From Phoronis australis (Eukaryota > Animalia > Phoronida): a stretch of 64,000 nt of DNA. Numbering within the stretch: the first letter of the stretch is position 1; every line of letters begins with the position of its first letter. Shown here piece after piece: positions 1-14,140 of this stretch. Under the pieces are notes generated by a model that was given only the letters and a program-made list of their open reading frames with translations, was not told the origin of the DNA and made no database searches. The position numbers were made by a program, and so were the translations under genes. The stretch covers positions 507,722 through 571,721 of the forward strand of contig NMRA01000271.1 of assembly GCA_002633005.1 (NCBI GenBank), in the 5' to 3' direction.

Positions 1-988
1 CTGAGCAAGCTGGATAGTTCCATACGACAAGAGTTCATTGGTAACCATAGACACAAAATTGTAAAGGTGATCATATGACAGTTTTAAAATAAGAGATTAA
101 ATCATGCCGCAATTCAACGTTTCCCTGCCTCCTCTAGATTATGTGAGACTAGGTGGTAAAAGAGTGAACATATACATTCACTAGAATATCAAGCCTGTCA
201 CAGTAGTGCTTGATTTAGGAATGAGATTTAAAGTTTTGGGGTTTCCAAGAAATGCTAGATTTCGGGATGACCTGTTATGTTCACTAGTCCTGCTTGTGGG
301 TCCAAATCGTGTTGCCGATACATCATCACTAAACATTCTAATTGTGTGCCTCTAGATACCCTCTCTCACTTTAAATTTTGCCATGTTTCCCATTGCAGAT
401 TAGACAATCCAAGGTAAAAGATGATATAGAGTACATGTGATTGGCCACTTTGTAAGAACAATTCTTGTCGTAAATATACCAATGCACATATTGGTGGTTT
501 CCTCAGAGGAGAGGCAGGAAGAAGCTTTGAAAGCAGAAGTATGCGAACAAAAGGCGACGTGGGTGTGCGTGATAAACTTTATCGTCAGGTAGCAGTTTAT
601 AAAACGTGAATTAAATTGACGTGTATCATATCATTTGCTCAAATTGTCCAAATAATTTTCTGTGGTCTGTTTCTAAATTTGTGTAGCAATTGTCCTTGTA
701 AAGTTGTACAGCACAATAGAATACACATGTACTTGAGTTATCGTTGTTGCATTTTCCAGATCTATGAACGTCACAACCATTACGATATCAAATTAACTTA
801 GCTAATGTTAAACAACAAAATCAGTCAACATAATGCAAAGTGCACCGCATATTTGCACACAGAGAGGTGCTATTCGAACCAAAAATGGCGCTAGTGAAAT
901 ACTTGTAGCAGTCTTATCATATTCAGAGCACTGGTAGGCATGTTACTACTGTGACTATGTCATGTGAATTAGTACATTGTTGTGTCCC

Positions 989-1258
989 TCAGTCCTTCTT
1001 TTGCTTTTTCCTGAGTGGAATCTCATGGGTTGCAACAATACCCCTGACCTCTCTCTGCAGTTTGTTTGTCAGTACGGCATGTGGAAAATTTACTGATGTC
1101 AGCTTTCTACTTGATATACACTTGTATTGGCTATAAAAAGTTTCAACAGCACTACCCTTTAACTGCAGTGGAGAAATGTAGTACCCTGGATGTCTGGTGT
1201 GAAAATCCTTGCACAAGACTTTGAACGAGAATACACAAATTTGTAGAAGATTGTATGT
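989..1258 (-). pseudogene. Degenerate DNA-transposase exon, possibly P-element/THAP9-like
   Basis: tttcag acceptor, then TYNLLQICVFSFKVLCKDFHTRHPGYYISPLQLKGSAVETFYSQYK; resembles the final catalytic E.FFS block of P-like transposases. Family assignment is from memory and unverified. Confidence 0.4.
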
Positions 1259-4200
1259 CTGAAAGGAAACAATGAAAACACACTTAAATTTGCTGTTGCA
1301 TTATGCAACTTCCAGCAGCGTCCTCAAACTGGACTTAACACAGGCTGAAGTGTGCATAACTTCCCGATGCTTTACATATGAAGCAGTAATTGTTGCTATC
1401 AACTGGAATTCAAAAAAGGCAAGGTTGCCTGTACGTAATTTAAGGTAAAACGGTAGCTTGTACATTAGCAGTTTTCACTTGTAGAATGATTTTTGTTTTC
1501 TGAGGTCATGTATATCTGAATTTGTGAGTAATGCCTTATCTCTGTGATTGCTAGGCCAAATTAATGAGAAACGTGCATATGAAGGTGGTTGAAAATTGTC
1601 TTATGTTTTTAAGAACAAGTTTTGTAGCGAAAATGATCCTCCATATTCAGTAAGTATCGTGATGTGCTATTTGAACCCGCGAGGTATGTCATTAGTGCAA
1701 AAGGTCGCCTATTTGCAGATTTTTTTGTTTTCACATTTACCAGGTGTCAGTGAATACAGCTGCACTTTGTTGATATTCAAAAGGCATTGTTGTTTAGTTC
1801 CTGTAATACATTAGCGCAATTAGGAGGATGCAGTTACATCTTTAAGAGGTTTAAGAAAAGTTTGCAACCAGGATACTCGTCAAAAGAAATGAGCACTAGT
1901 GTGCCTCCATGAATCCTTTTCAATAAGCCACTCATTACTTATAATTTTAAGTTTTGAAGTATACCATGACTGGAATAAAGTGACTCGTTTCAAAACCTGA
2001 CTCAAAGGGGTGCTTGAAGTCAATACCAGAGAGGCTTACAGAATGAATACCTAAAGAATACCCACTGAAGAAACAGTCATTTATTTCTTATTCAAAGCAA
2101 AGGTATCCAAACAGTAATCGAATTTTGAAAAATAAACCTGTCAATACAAAACTTAGAGAAAACCATATCCTATCAATTCAGCCCCAAACTCGACAAAAAC
2201 CTTTCCCAATTCGATGCCAAAATTGGTGAAAATCACCCTTTTAATCGGCACGTCACCCACCCACATCATGGAATCTCATTCAGATACTGAATGGCCCGTG
2301 TTCTAAACACCAAATTTTGTAAGAAGCCTTTGGTTCTCAAATCATATTATACTATAATAACAAAATAGATACCAGTATAGACCTAATTCAATAAGCACAT
2401 TATTTAATATGATTATGTGTGTTGTATTTCCATTTCCGTTTTGGGTTACAAAATGAGTCCTTGTTTTTAAAGTGACTTGAAAAAGATATTTCAGAGTCGA
2501 GCGCTAGTGGATAAACCGGTGACCTGCCGCTGAGAGCACTCGCTGATTTTAAAAGATACCACAGCGAACAATCATCGCTTCGCAATCAGGAGGTAAAAAC
2601 ACTCCCATGACCGCAGTTCTAAATTCCAGCTAAGCAAGCCCTATTTCGAGGGGCGGACTTTGAATTGATTTGACACCATGACAGTGGGTTGCAGAGAAGT
2701 TTAGAACGAGGTCAACATAGAACTTTCTAAGGCTAGCTGTCGTGTTGACAAAAGTTTGAAGTGTCAGAATCATAGACTGAGCGCGCGAGAGGTCTATGAT
2801 TCCTGTTCTATAATTCAGTTGACGAAAAAATTGCTGTCGGCATAAAGAACGACCGTGGGAAATTCATTTTCACCCCGGCCAACCCGCGATCGACAACGCC
2901 CGGAAGGCGATCGAGAACGACACCTTACACCAAAAATGGCAGACGACAGTGAAGTACCCGGTGAGTTTAAGTGTCATTTTCTTCTTAAATAGAGGCTACT
3001 TTGGTACCAATGCGACACACCGAAAAGCGTCAGAGCTTAGCCTTTGTTGTGGACCTGAAATAATACTTGGCTTTTGCTATTTTTTGAAATAGAGACCGCA
3101 GAATGCAATGGCTTTCAGTAAAATGACTTGCGTCTCGTAAATTCGTCAATTTCTACTTGTTATTAGCAATTCTTGGGTTCTTCAGTGGACACGTGTGACG
3201 TTTATAGTTAAATCGTCCCTGCTGACACCTTTGTTAGTTATAATTTGTGAAACAATTCGAGCTATCTACCGATACAAGCAGGTCCTTGTGTGAGACGGCG
3301 ATCGGGAACGAAGCTGTTAATTCTCCATGGCGATCGTGAACGCACATTTTTTTCTGTACATTTTCCTGAATAATTGTTCAAGTTACGGTGTAATATCAAT
3401 AATTTTAGAATAATACGACCATGAATTAGTTGACAGGTCAATTGTTTGTTATACTTTCACCGTTTTTTTATGATTTCTCTGTGAGATTTAGCCTCACAAA
3501 TATGATTAATTTGATTTTTCAGTTGAACTGTAGCCGCATGAGAAGTCCTTCAGAGTGTTAACATACATGCCTTCAAAAAAGAGTACCGGTAGCACAACTG
3601 CTGCATGTGACAAAGGGCTGTGTATGCATATATGTTGTGAAGCTTCGTTCAGGAAGAAACCTTTTTTGTATAACCACATGACAATAAAACACAGTGGCAC
3701 TCACTAGCTGCAAACAAGACCTTTACCAGCCCCCTGTTGCATGGGGCAAGATTTTTTTTACCGCATAAGAAAACACAATATGAAGCATAGTGCTCAGAAA
3801 TCAAGTTGTTTCAGTGCCCTATCTGTGATCAATGTTTCACAGAAAGAGTAAGCCTGACTCACTCCTTGTTGTTGTGAATGTGTCATGCAAGAGAATCAGA
3901 ATCACCATGGATAAAATAATTCAGTCCAGTAGTGAAAGTTGTTAAGTCACGAAACTTTATTCAGATATACAGAGTTTATGGTTGGTAGTTGTCTGATGTG
4001 ATAGTATTTTGACGTTTGGTTTGAACCTTTTTCCTATTTGTGTTATTTCAGCAGCATCTTTAACAGAACCAGTGCATTTTTGTTGTGTTTGGGTACATTT
4101 AAATGGCCACTCTATGTGTCATTGGGTGATTCTTACATACAATTGTTATAACCAATTAGTATTTTAAAAGAAAACTATATGTCTGCCATAACTGTAGAAA

Positions 4201-4949
4201 CTATTTTCATATTGTTGTTGTTTCCCTGTGAGAGAATTTTATACTATGAACCTGTCCGAAATAGATTGTCTATGATTCAGTGATGATTTAGTCTAATACA
4301 CTCCAAAAATAATTCGCAGGAAATGTACTCTGAATGTGTTATGTTGATTTCCCTAAAGCATTGTTTTATATCTTTTTTCTGTATGACCAATTTTGAGGAA
4401 TGTGTGATAAAAGATTAATAATATTATAGAATTGCTTTAATATTGTTGTTGATTTCCTGTGTAATCACTACATTATTTCTTGAAGTGATGTTAAAGACAA
4501 CATTTTAACTACATTTTTGAGAAAATCACAATATAGTAGGTGTATTATATCTTGCCTCACTCTTTTTCAATGTCACGTTAAACTGGAGATCATGAACTGA
4601 AGATGCACTCAGGACCAATACTACAAAACAGAAGAGTCAAACATATGTTGTATATCCAAGCCACACAAGTGCCACAAGTCAATCTGTTCATCTCTGTATC
4701 GATAATATCAGTAAAACATCCAACAAAATATCACCCGTTTTATCAGCAAAACAGTTAACACCATTTCTGGCATTTTTTTAAATCCCAGACCTTCATGAGC
4801 GGTAATCTTTGAATCACCTCACGAATGGTGTTGCCGCTCTCTTCTCGTTCCCCACAGGCACGCTCATCATCATTCTTTAACTTCACTGCCGTATTTGTTT
4901 TTTTCCTTTTGTTGTCACAATCTTGCAAGAAGATTCGGAACTCGCTTTC

Positions 4950-5150
4950 CAGGGCCGGATCCAGGATTTTGAGTTTGGGGGGGGGGGGNNNNNNNNNNNN
5001 NNNNNNNNNNNNNNNNNNNNNNNNNNNNNNNNNNNNNNNNNNNNNNNNNNNNNNNNNNNNNNNNNNNNNNNNNNNNNNNNNNNNNNNNNNNNNNNNNNNN
5101 NNNNNNNNNNNNNNCCCTTGACACCCCCCCCCCCTCCTAAATCTGCCAGT
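4950..5150. mobile_element. hAT-like G-rich MITE spanning an assembly gap
   Basis: cagggccggatcc...aaatctgccagtg ends; related ends at 16486-16626, 55502-55720 and near 63903. Confidence 0.45.
4989..5114. other. Assembly gap (N run)
   Basis: N bases flanked by G and C homopolymers. Confidence 1.
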
Positions 5151-6195
5151 GCTTTCATCTGCATCAACAATTTGTTTACTCCTGGCTTACACGCCACATG
5201 GAGCAATTGCTAGGTGAGTCTTAGTTTAGAACCCTTGTTTCACTTGGTTTGGTTGAAAAGTATATGTCTATATTTCAAAACCCTGGTAGAGTGTACTTTC
5301 ACGCCCTGATTAATCTGTTCGTTGAAGCTCGCCTCACAATAATAACAGTGAACGTGTTTCCTGAAATGAAAATAAATTCATATTTCATTTGTGAAAATAT
5401 CCATAATTAAAATAAGGCTTGATGTACATGTAGTAATTTAGTGGTAATGCTATGATATTGTTTACTTTGGAAACGAAAGTAACAGTAATGACTCAAAATG
5501 TGATTAATTCATTGCACCACACTTATTTTGTAACCCTTTTCACGTTTTATAAGTAAAAAGTTCATAACTGTTCGGCACACCACGATGCGTTCTCGATCGC
5601 ATAAACAAATCAAAAATTTGCGTTTCCGATCGCTTATCTTTGCGTTCTCGATCGCATCTTTCAACAGAAAAGTGTCGAAGAATCAGAGATCCTGTCAAAA
5701 CTACGAAAAACAAGCATTGTGTTATATTTTCACAAGTCACTTCTTCATAACTTCATGGTCAATTTATTGATTTAGTACCAAAAATAACCGCAATTTGCCA
5801 AAATGACATACGAATCACCTTTGACTCAAGCGATGCCTCATTCAACGTAACTTATCTCCAATAATTGGAACAGAAACCAGCCCAAACCTCTACCTGCCCT
5901 TCCTCAATGTGTTACGCCTTGAACCCATGTCTCTGTTTTCACATTGGAAGTAAAAGCAACGTAAATTCATCAAATTTACTCACCTTGCCTGGCTTCGCTT
6001 CTCGCAACAGGTTTCGTTCTCGATCGCTTTCCGGTCGTTCTCGATCGCGGGTTGGCCGGAGTGATTTTGAGGTGGACACCTGTATCCAAGAATAAATATT
6101 AATATGGACAGCACACAAACGCAATAGTTTGAAAGCTTCTAATTGTGTCGATAGATATTATAATACCATGCAGTTTTCATTAATTTATTACTCAC

Positions 6196-7130
6196 GGTTT
6201 CGCTCCTGGTCTTCAAAGAAAGCAATCTTTAAAGCTTCCTTTCTCTCCGTGTACTCCTCGATATCCTTCCCGTCGCACTCATCTATGACTTCAGTCAGAT
6301 TCTCAACGGAAAATTTAACGTCTTTAATAAACGATAGCTCAACACTGGGTTTTCTCAAGCTCAACTGTCAAATCATTGCTAGTTGTAATATCTCACCCTC
6401 CGCGTTTCGTTTCTTTGGGAGGTTGCGGTATCGTGAAACAACGCCGTCGAGTGAGAGAAGTTGCACCGGAAAATTGGAATTGGTTGCAGTACTTTCCTTT
6501 AGAGTGCCCCGACTGCCGTTTTCTTGGCAAGTCACCTTGCCTTCCTAAATTTTTCTGGGCATTTAAGCATCGGCCTTCTGCGGTAATCAACCTTTTATCT
6601 GCTATAGAAATGTTACGCCTAGTTTTCTATCATTTTAGCACACTTTGTGGCTCTCTAGCATATCCCGGGCCTGCTGTAAGTCTAACGTTTGATATTTCGG
6701 CAAAAATCGCACACAGCTACAGTTAGCACTGTTATAATCATATTTCTTAATTCCGCCACAGTATGCATGCTTGGAAGTTAGTTTTGCTAGGTGTTCTCCC
6801 AAATTAATCCACAATAGTTGTTCATTATTAAATGCCTCATTTCCTCCCCAAGGACAGTTCCGTCAACACAAAACGTTTCCTTGCCATTCTTCAAAATTCG
6901 TGTACATGCGCTCGCTTCAAAGGACCAGTAGCCGTGGCTGGAATGTCGGCAGCTTCACAACTAAGACTACACCTAACTCCTGTTGAAATTCTTCATACTT
7001 CAAAATTCTTGCTTGCAGGTGCTCATAATTACCTTCAATAGTTTTCATAATAAGAGATTAGAAATCCGAGTTATCACACACGCCCACTGGCCTGCTGCTG
7101 CCTTCCATTTTCACTGCATGACAGCGTTTT
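6196..7130 (-). pseudogene. Frameshifted coding relic, possibly the N-terminal part of the same P-like transposase
   Basis: Minus-strand Cys-containing ORF pieces, then VELSFIKDV...KIAFFEDQERN ending in a c|gtgagt donor; disrupted by frameshifts. Confidence 0.25.
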
Positions 7131-10100
7131 CCCGTTCCTTAAAGGGGGCCATTGATGTGATATAAGTGACCACATTTTTCGTGTTTTTATTGACAAATTA
7201 TTAAAGGGGCCACTCACGCAGAGAGGGCCCAATGTTGGAATTCAGTGATTACCTCTATTTTCCTGTTTTTTGTGAAATCGCACAACCGGCTTTCATATTG
7301 AGGAATGTCATTTCTTGCTGGGTTACACGACGTGTAAAAGAATCAGCTGTCACTCGTTCCCAAGCTTAATGATTTTTAGTCTTTCATTCCATTTTAGACG
7401 GGATCCTCTCTCGGTGGGGCGCTTCGGGAGAATTGACCTTTTGGTCAATGGGCAGCGCACCATAGGACGCTGGGAGGGGAGGGCTATAGCCCCACTTTTT
7501 TCAGTGCTACGCTGCATATGGTCTATAGGCGGTGCACTNGGGGGGGGGGTTGAGGGGGCTTTAGTCCCACTTTTTTCAGTGCTGCGCCCTCTATACACCT
7601 CCGACATGTCTCTGCCAACTACTCACGAGGCGATTCCAAATTCATCAAAAACACAAAACATTAGCGCACAGCACAGAAGCTACCTAGTAAGAAATGACGA
7701 TGCGTCACTGAACTTAGTTGAAGGCTGACTTAGGAAAATTCGACCAATCATCTGACCACCATATTGCAATGAAGTACACTAACGATAACAGCGAGAAGTT
7801 CATGAATGTCGAGCAGCTCTAAATGCTTTATTGAATTAAAAACCAGACTAGTGAAATTTTTAAAAAATGCAAACCGTAGATCGAAAAAGAAGTTCAAGTC
7901 ATTGTTCATAAATTTGTAAAGATTGTCCTTGCACTTCCTTGTCCCAGTAGTATTGTGCAATGAATTTTGGTTATTCTAAACCAAATCGTTTGTTTGCCAT
8001 TCCCGTGCATACTGCACAGGCTGGGCACGTCATGACTCAGTGACGTAGCCACGTTAAAAATAAGGTGTAGTCATGCATTAGGCCGGCGTAGAATCCGCGG
8101 CCAGTGATTGACGAGAAATGAACTTGAAGTGCAGGCGTTGAAGTGTGTACATTTTTGGGACAACGTTCATTTCCCCAGCCGCCCGGCAGAAGCTGGACAA
8201 GTGGCCGTGTTTCAATAAGGAATTTTGATGAGCTCTATAGGCCAAGGACTTCGGGGACCATACCTTTCAAAAAATCTTCAGGGAATGACCCTACTAAAAT
8301 GAACTTTTCCCGAAACTGGGGATCAAAAAACAATCTTTGGTGCCAGAACACGGGTATAGGTTCGAGCTAAACCGCACGTCCCAAATGAATCATAGCGGAG
8401 CTGACCAGCGACTAGCATTAGTTCATCGAATTGCACGTACATGGATCAGACTTCCCGGGGACCGCCACGACACCGGCCACCGTGGCTTAGGGCTAACGCT
8501 ACTGCATTTCTGCTTCTAAATCTGGATTTAAGCAAAATGTCAAAGTCCATGCATACACACATGCAAGCGTATCCAAATACAATTAAATGTATTTTCATGT
8601 GAAACCATACTCAATGTTCTTTGAACTTGGGTGAGTTCTTAGTTTTCTTGGAATCATAGGTATACCCGATCAGGTAGACTACTGGTTTCAAGTCATACAC
8701 TATAGGCACCTGACGTTTCAAATTGGAAGCTCGCGCCGTATGACGTCGTATGACGTAGGCGATGCGAGCCTCATTTGCATATGTTAGTGACATCTGTTGG
8801 TTCAAAAAAGAGGCTCATGCCCTAGTACATGCCTGGGAAGAGGCATCTTTTGGAAGGGTAAAGCATGTCACGTTCAAAGCATCCCAGTGCCAGTAATATG
8901 CTGTCTTTGAGGACCAAAGTGGTGTCATTTTATAGCTAACGAGTTAATATTTCAAGCATGATGCTTGGATTCCAGATAACTTGAACATTTACTTTTGAAA
9001 TCACGTTTGAAATCACGCTAAAATGCTCCAAAACAGTTGTCCCTTCCTGGTTATCTCTTCCTGATACCACTGATGACAGAAGCTTGTTAGAATCTGCTAT
9101 AGACGCTTACCCAGCGCAGTGGCATTTTCAACTCAAGGCCAAATTTTTAATGACTACTTGAGATATCATCAGTGTACCCACCAGAAAAGACAGTGTACCC
9201 ACGTTTGACACCCTTAGGACTTTTATTGATCAAGCAAGTACTTGGCCATCTTACGGTTTACACACTGAAGCTGGTTTAAGTCTCACAGGCTGTACTGCGC
9301 CATCTTGTTGAACTTGTCTGAACTGCATGTTTGCAAAAATCGTGGATGCTAAACCAGTTGAAGTACCAGGGGAACTAGACGATAGGTAAATTTCCACAAC
9401 TTAAATTTCATGGATTTAAAGCAAGTATACAGGTGTTCTTGAATGTTGAGGGTTTTTTTGACATGGAATCTCTTAATTTTATTATATGCTCAAGTTGGCA
9501 GGCCACCGTGGTTGGCTTCAAAGTGAATAACAAGTTAATACGTTCTGATATCTACTAGCAGTTGTTGCAGTCTATCTTTGCGTTTTCTTTTATAATTTCA
9601 GGAAGTCCTGCTATTTGTAAAGTTGTTTTTTCAAGCATTGAAGGTATGTTTTTCTACCACATATTGTATGATTGTTTGATCTTTTATTCTGCTATACTGA
9701 TTTGTACGAAAGATATTATTTATCACGAATATTGTCTCCTCTGCTAGTACCGTAAGGCTAAAGTATAGTTATTCCTTAGCTGCACCTGCTTCAATTAATT
9801 CGAATCATGTTCTCAATCACATATGCAAGCAAAGTTTTAATTAACACGTTCTGGTAAATTAAGCAACAAGACCCTGACGATTGCCCCCGCCCCTCCCCCT
9901 CTACACATCTCTTCGTTACGATAAACCAAGGAGACCAAAACTCATTTCACCCCATGTCTGTCTAGCTGACATTCTGTAACTAAAGAGTCATGTCCACTTA
10001 AATATAAAGGTTCTAATTAATACTGCATAATTGATCATTTTATGTATTTTGCTTGGGGTACGCCAAGAGCTTTGTTGCAGAATAAAACAAGATGAGGATT

Positions 10101-10932
10101 GCCAGTAATGTCATTTGTTATGACATAAGTAAATGTAGAAGAACTAAACAAGACTCTGCAAGATTGACATGGGAAAAACGCCATCTTTAATGGCAGTATG
10201 GGGATACTGACACGGCCCATTTTATTTCTTGAATACTAATTGGTACAAGTCTCTTGAGTTTTTCTAGATTAATGCGTGGGGCCGTGCTTCTGATTGTGAA
10301 TGTATAACATTTCTATAGTCTTTTATTTTGTTGAATTTCTTTATTCCTGTTGATCAGCTGAATGTCTTTTGCCTTGCAGGTGCTGCAAACAACTTGTTGC
10401 TCCAAGTCCTACCGTGGAAAAATGTGGAGTCCCCTGTTGAATTTATCGGTACGTTATTTTATCAGTTTAAATTCACTGTAACATTTAAAGACCATGTGCC
10501 AATTCCAAGATGTTACTTAATTTTCCCCAAGCGGTTGAAGATAGCAATCTAAGACAATGTAATCCACTCCTTTCTGCAGCTCTAGCCAGATCAGCATTGT
10601 CTTTTGATTTTGAAAGTTTCTGGTGAAAGTCTACATTTAATCCACAATTTACATTATTTGAAAGTCAGCGTGCCTTTTAGTGTGCTGATACAGCTCATGA
10701 AGTTTTAAAATTGTTTTAGTCGACGCCAAGCAGGGCCGTCAGAAAAAAGATGACTCGTGGAATGTAACAGTTGATTCTGCCAATGGGGAGAAAGTGGCAG
10801 CTGATATAAAAGGTTTGTTGTGTCATGTTATCACGTGGCGGAAAATACATTTTAATATTATCAGAAATTGCTATTCAATTTTTGCAAGGCATTGCAACTT
10901 TTCAGTTATTAACAATCCTTATCATGTCTTCA

Positions 10933-11026
10933 GCTGAGTAACTCAGCCCAGGGGTGGGCTTGTAGTTATATAAGGAGCTGCACTCTAGACCAGTACTGTT
11001 ATCTTGGAGAATAAGCGAAAGTGAGT
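10933..11026 (+). promoter_or_regulatory. Candidate core promoter and short non-coding first exon
   Basis: Palindrome GCTGAGT-A-ACTCAGC (10933-10947), GGGGTGGG (10951-10958), TATATAAG (10967-10974), donor GTGAGT at 11021. Motif inference only. Confidence 0.25.
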
Positions 11027-14008
11027 ACCCGAGACAATTATACCAGGTGTCGAAGAAGCCTATTAACTAACCTACTCCTTTTTGTCCCTCAGAGCCTACC
11101 GTCTCTATCAACTTGTTCCATGGGAGAGCTGTCCACTTTCCCTTCACCTATCTTTTGTTAGGAGAAGATTATCAAATGATTTGTGTAGTATTCCGGTGTT
11201 ATTCCCTTTCCAGACATAAGTCCTTAGTGCCCAACTTTTGACTGCAAGTTGCCCCTTACATTTTTCTAAAAATATTGCTCGTCTTTCACTTCATACTTGT
11301 TATTCATTGGAAGTCCAATACACAAGTCACACAGCAAAAAAGAATCTTGGCACACAAACCATACAACATTATAGTGTGAAAAAGAAATATTAGATAATTA
11401 GTATACATGCTTTGTATCTGCTCTCTTCATGTTGAATGACTTCAAGACACAAGTCGTATTTTTGTCACCATGCTTTTATTTTTAGGTTGAAAATGAAATT
11501 CATAACTTGAAAATCCAAAGCAATTTTACGGTTATCTAACCTCAAGTAATAGTGAGGTGAACGTTTTCTCATCTGTGACTTGATTCCAATCCTGCTGTGA
11601 CTGGTTTGAACGCCAACATTTATCAGCGTCCGGGCTCATATGCAGAATATGTGGCTAGGGAGCTGATGGCTGGCATAAAAAGGTACTAGACACGATCCAA
11701 AAAGGATGGTGTAGCAGTGATTTCAGAAAAACCTACAACAAGAATGAGCCACCAAGGGAAGTTGTATCAACATAAAATTTTTAAAAATAACTTTTTCAGA
11801 ATTTTGCGATGTTTTGGGTAATCAAATGACGCCAATTACGTATACCTTCTTGCCAAGGTCTGATGGTTCCATGGTGTCTGTGAAGATTGGGGACCACCAT
11901 GTGGAAGGTTTGTGTCCGTTGCACCGAGCTCATGAGGGTTACAGCCTTCATTTAAATAGTTCTAATATAAAAATTAATTCCTCTGACAGGTATCCCAAAT
12001 TTTGAGAACCAGTTTGATGCCCCTTATTAGGTGATGAAACTGGTTCTTAAGATACGGGACCCTTATTAGTGACTATTAAGCCTATCTTTGGTGTATTGCA
12101 AACAAAGGCTTTTATGCCTCTAAGTTCTATTTCTGGGCAGTGTTATAAATCATTTTGGAAACTTATCCACCTATAAAGGGCTATTGTAACATTACTGTTA
12201 TAGCATTATTCAACAAGATGGTATGATGTCATTCTTGTTATATGTAGAACTTTTGTGGAATTGGGCCCACGATTTTGGGCAATTAATTTATTGTAATTTT
12301 CAACTACATGTTTTTACGAGACTGTTCCGTATATGAGATGAACAACTAATTCTCAACTGTTGGCACCTTGGGTGTTCAGGGTACATAATCTTCTACCTCC
12401 CTGCCCGTTCGGGCCTTCTTATTAACAGCGTGTTTTTCTCATAAAAGCGATAATTCCTTTCTTACGATTTGTAGTTCTTTTTTCATTAACAACATTTTGC
12501 ATCATGAATAACAGGTGGGCACGTGTGCTTGATACATTGAAGAGAAAGTGTCTGCATGCTTGCACTGACCCAGGGGGTGGGGGACTCGAACGAGCGCCCC
12601 CCATTTGTCGAAATGGGAAAAAAGGTCCGCCTCAGAGAAATAAAAAGTCCGAAAGTACGAGAAAATGAGACAAAGAACACTAAAACGGCAGGAATTCGTC
12701 GCGAATGCACATTTCATAGCTCTGAACGTAGTACCCCATTTTTTTCTCCCCGTTTTTTTTCTTTCAGTAAAAGAATCACATTCTCACCTACATGTATTTG
12801 AGCCTCCCTATGTTTTAGGCTGGGTCCGCGCATGGTCTGTACACTGCAACTGGAAACATGGGTGTTTAGTGAGAACAGAGCTGTGTTCCTAAGAAAACAT
12901 TTGCAGGATATGGGAAAAGATGTAACGGATTGCTGTTAACTCGTAGATGTTAACTAATAAAACACCACTTTATTACATCATGACCTCATGGTCTGAGACA
13001 GGAAGTTGCTGACAACAGGAAGTAGATCTGACTAAAATATCATTACGACTAAAGACCAAAACGTAATAAAACGCGTAATCGAACATCACGTCACAAAAGA
13101 AATGCATCTTGTGTGAAAAAAGCGTATTCACGACTTAGGGAACCACACAATTCCTCTAAATACGTCATTAATATGAACTTGTGTCTAATATTGGAACTTT
13201 GTTTCAGGTAGCCCAGCCAATGTCCAATACTTCAGACGACCTTTTGCGAATGACTTAGAAGAGAGTTCATGTAGTAAATTAAATTCTTTTTTCTTGAAGC
13301 GAGGTGATGATGTAGTGAAATCATGTCTAAAATCTCTTGGTCGGTTTACAGCAACCTCTTGAGTTGTAATTGTCTTAGCAGTTTGTCAGGTTTTAGTTAA
13401 ACACGAGTTAAAGCTGTTCACTGTTAAGCTGTCAAACGGCTTGAGTTTAGAAATATATTCCTGCTGGCCATTGCCAACAGGTCTGACTACTGTCGCACCC
13501 CTATTGACTAATGAATGTTCTCAGTTATATTTGTGTCGCCCTCAATTTCTAGAAAGTTTTTTGTTGATCTTTATTAATTTGTCATAAGTTATCACATTGA
13601 GGAGAGCACGGCTGACATTGTCTTTCAGACAAATCTGACTACTGCGGCGCCTCATAGTGTTTTTTTTGTTGCTCCTTCAATACCTACCTGGATAAATCTT
13701 GCACTTGAGGACAGCCCATCTGGGGTTAGTTTTGGATGGTTTTGACTACAGCCGCATCCGCTAATTGTCAACTGTTGCGTTCGTCTTTGCTAGTTGTTCT
13801 TTGATGGCCTTTCTGTATTTTTTCATGAGGAGGGCATGTGGTGCTGTAGATTCGTATCTATCCGGCTATAGTCGAAATGTTTGAAAAAAACGAGCACCCT
13901 GTATATTTTAGCTGTTGTGATGCACACGGTTGATGCCTATCAATACACTGTGTTGATCTTGTGTTTAGTAACCAGAGCATCAGGTCAGATCTATGTTTAA
14001 ACTCTGCT

Positions 14009-14140
14009 ATGTCTTCAGATTCTCGTGAACGGAATAACATAGGTTCCAGCCTTCCAACCATCCCAGAGAAGTCTTTGGATCCACATCCCAATTACAGTTC
14101 CTCATTTAAAAGATATGTGATCGAACAAGGACAACAGCAG
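14009..14140 (+). CDS. Tentative first coding exon of the TRPC-like gene ([12 protein letters not shown]...EQGQQQ)
   Basis: ATG at 14009, open frame to a cag|gtgaag donor in phase 0. No recognisable motif. Confidence 0.4.

Larger units (their letters stand above)
2871..6063. mobile_element. CAC..GTG-terminated TIR element (CACTA/CMC-like, non-autonomous), about 3.2 kb
   Basis: About 50-bp imperfect TIRs: caccccggccaacccgcgatcgacaacgcccggaaggcgatcgagaacga versus the reverse complement of 6014-6063. Subterminal GCGATCGAGAACG-like motifs near 3298-3345 and, inverted, at 5586-5657. No clear TSD. Confidence 0.6.

Noticed and set aside
4825-5213. ORFs spanning N runs (also 62840-63341)
   Set aside because: Open only because of the assembly gaps.
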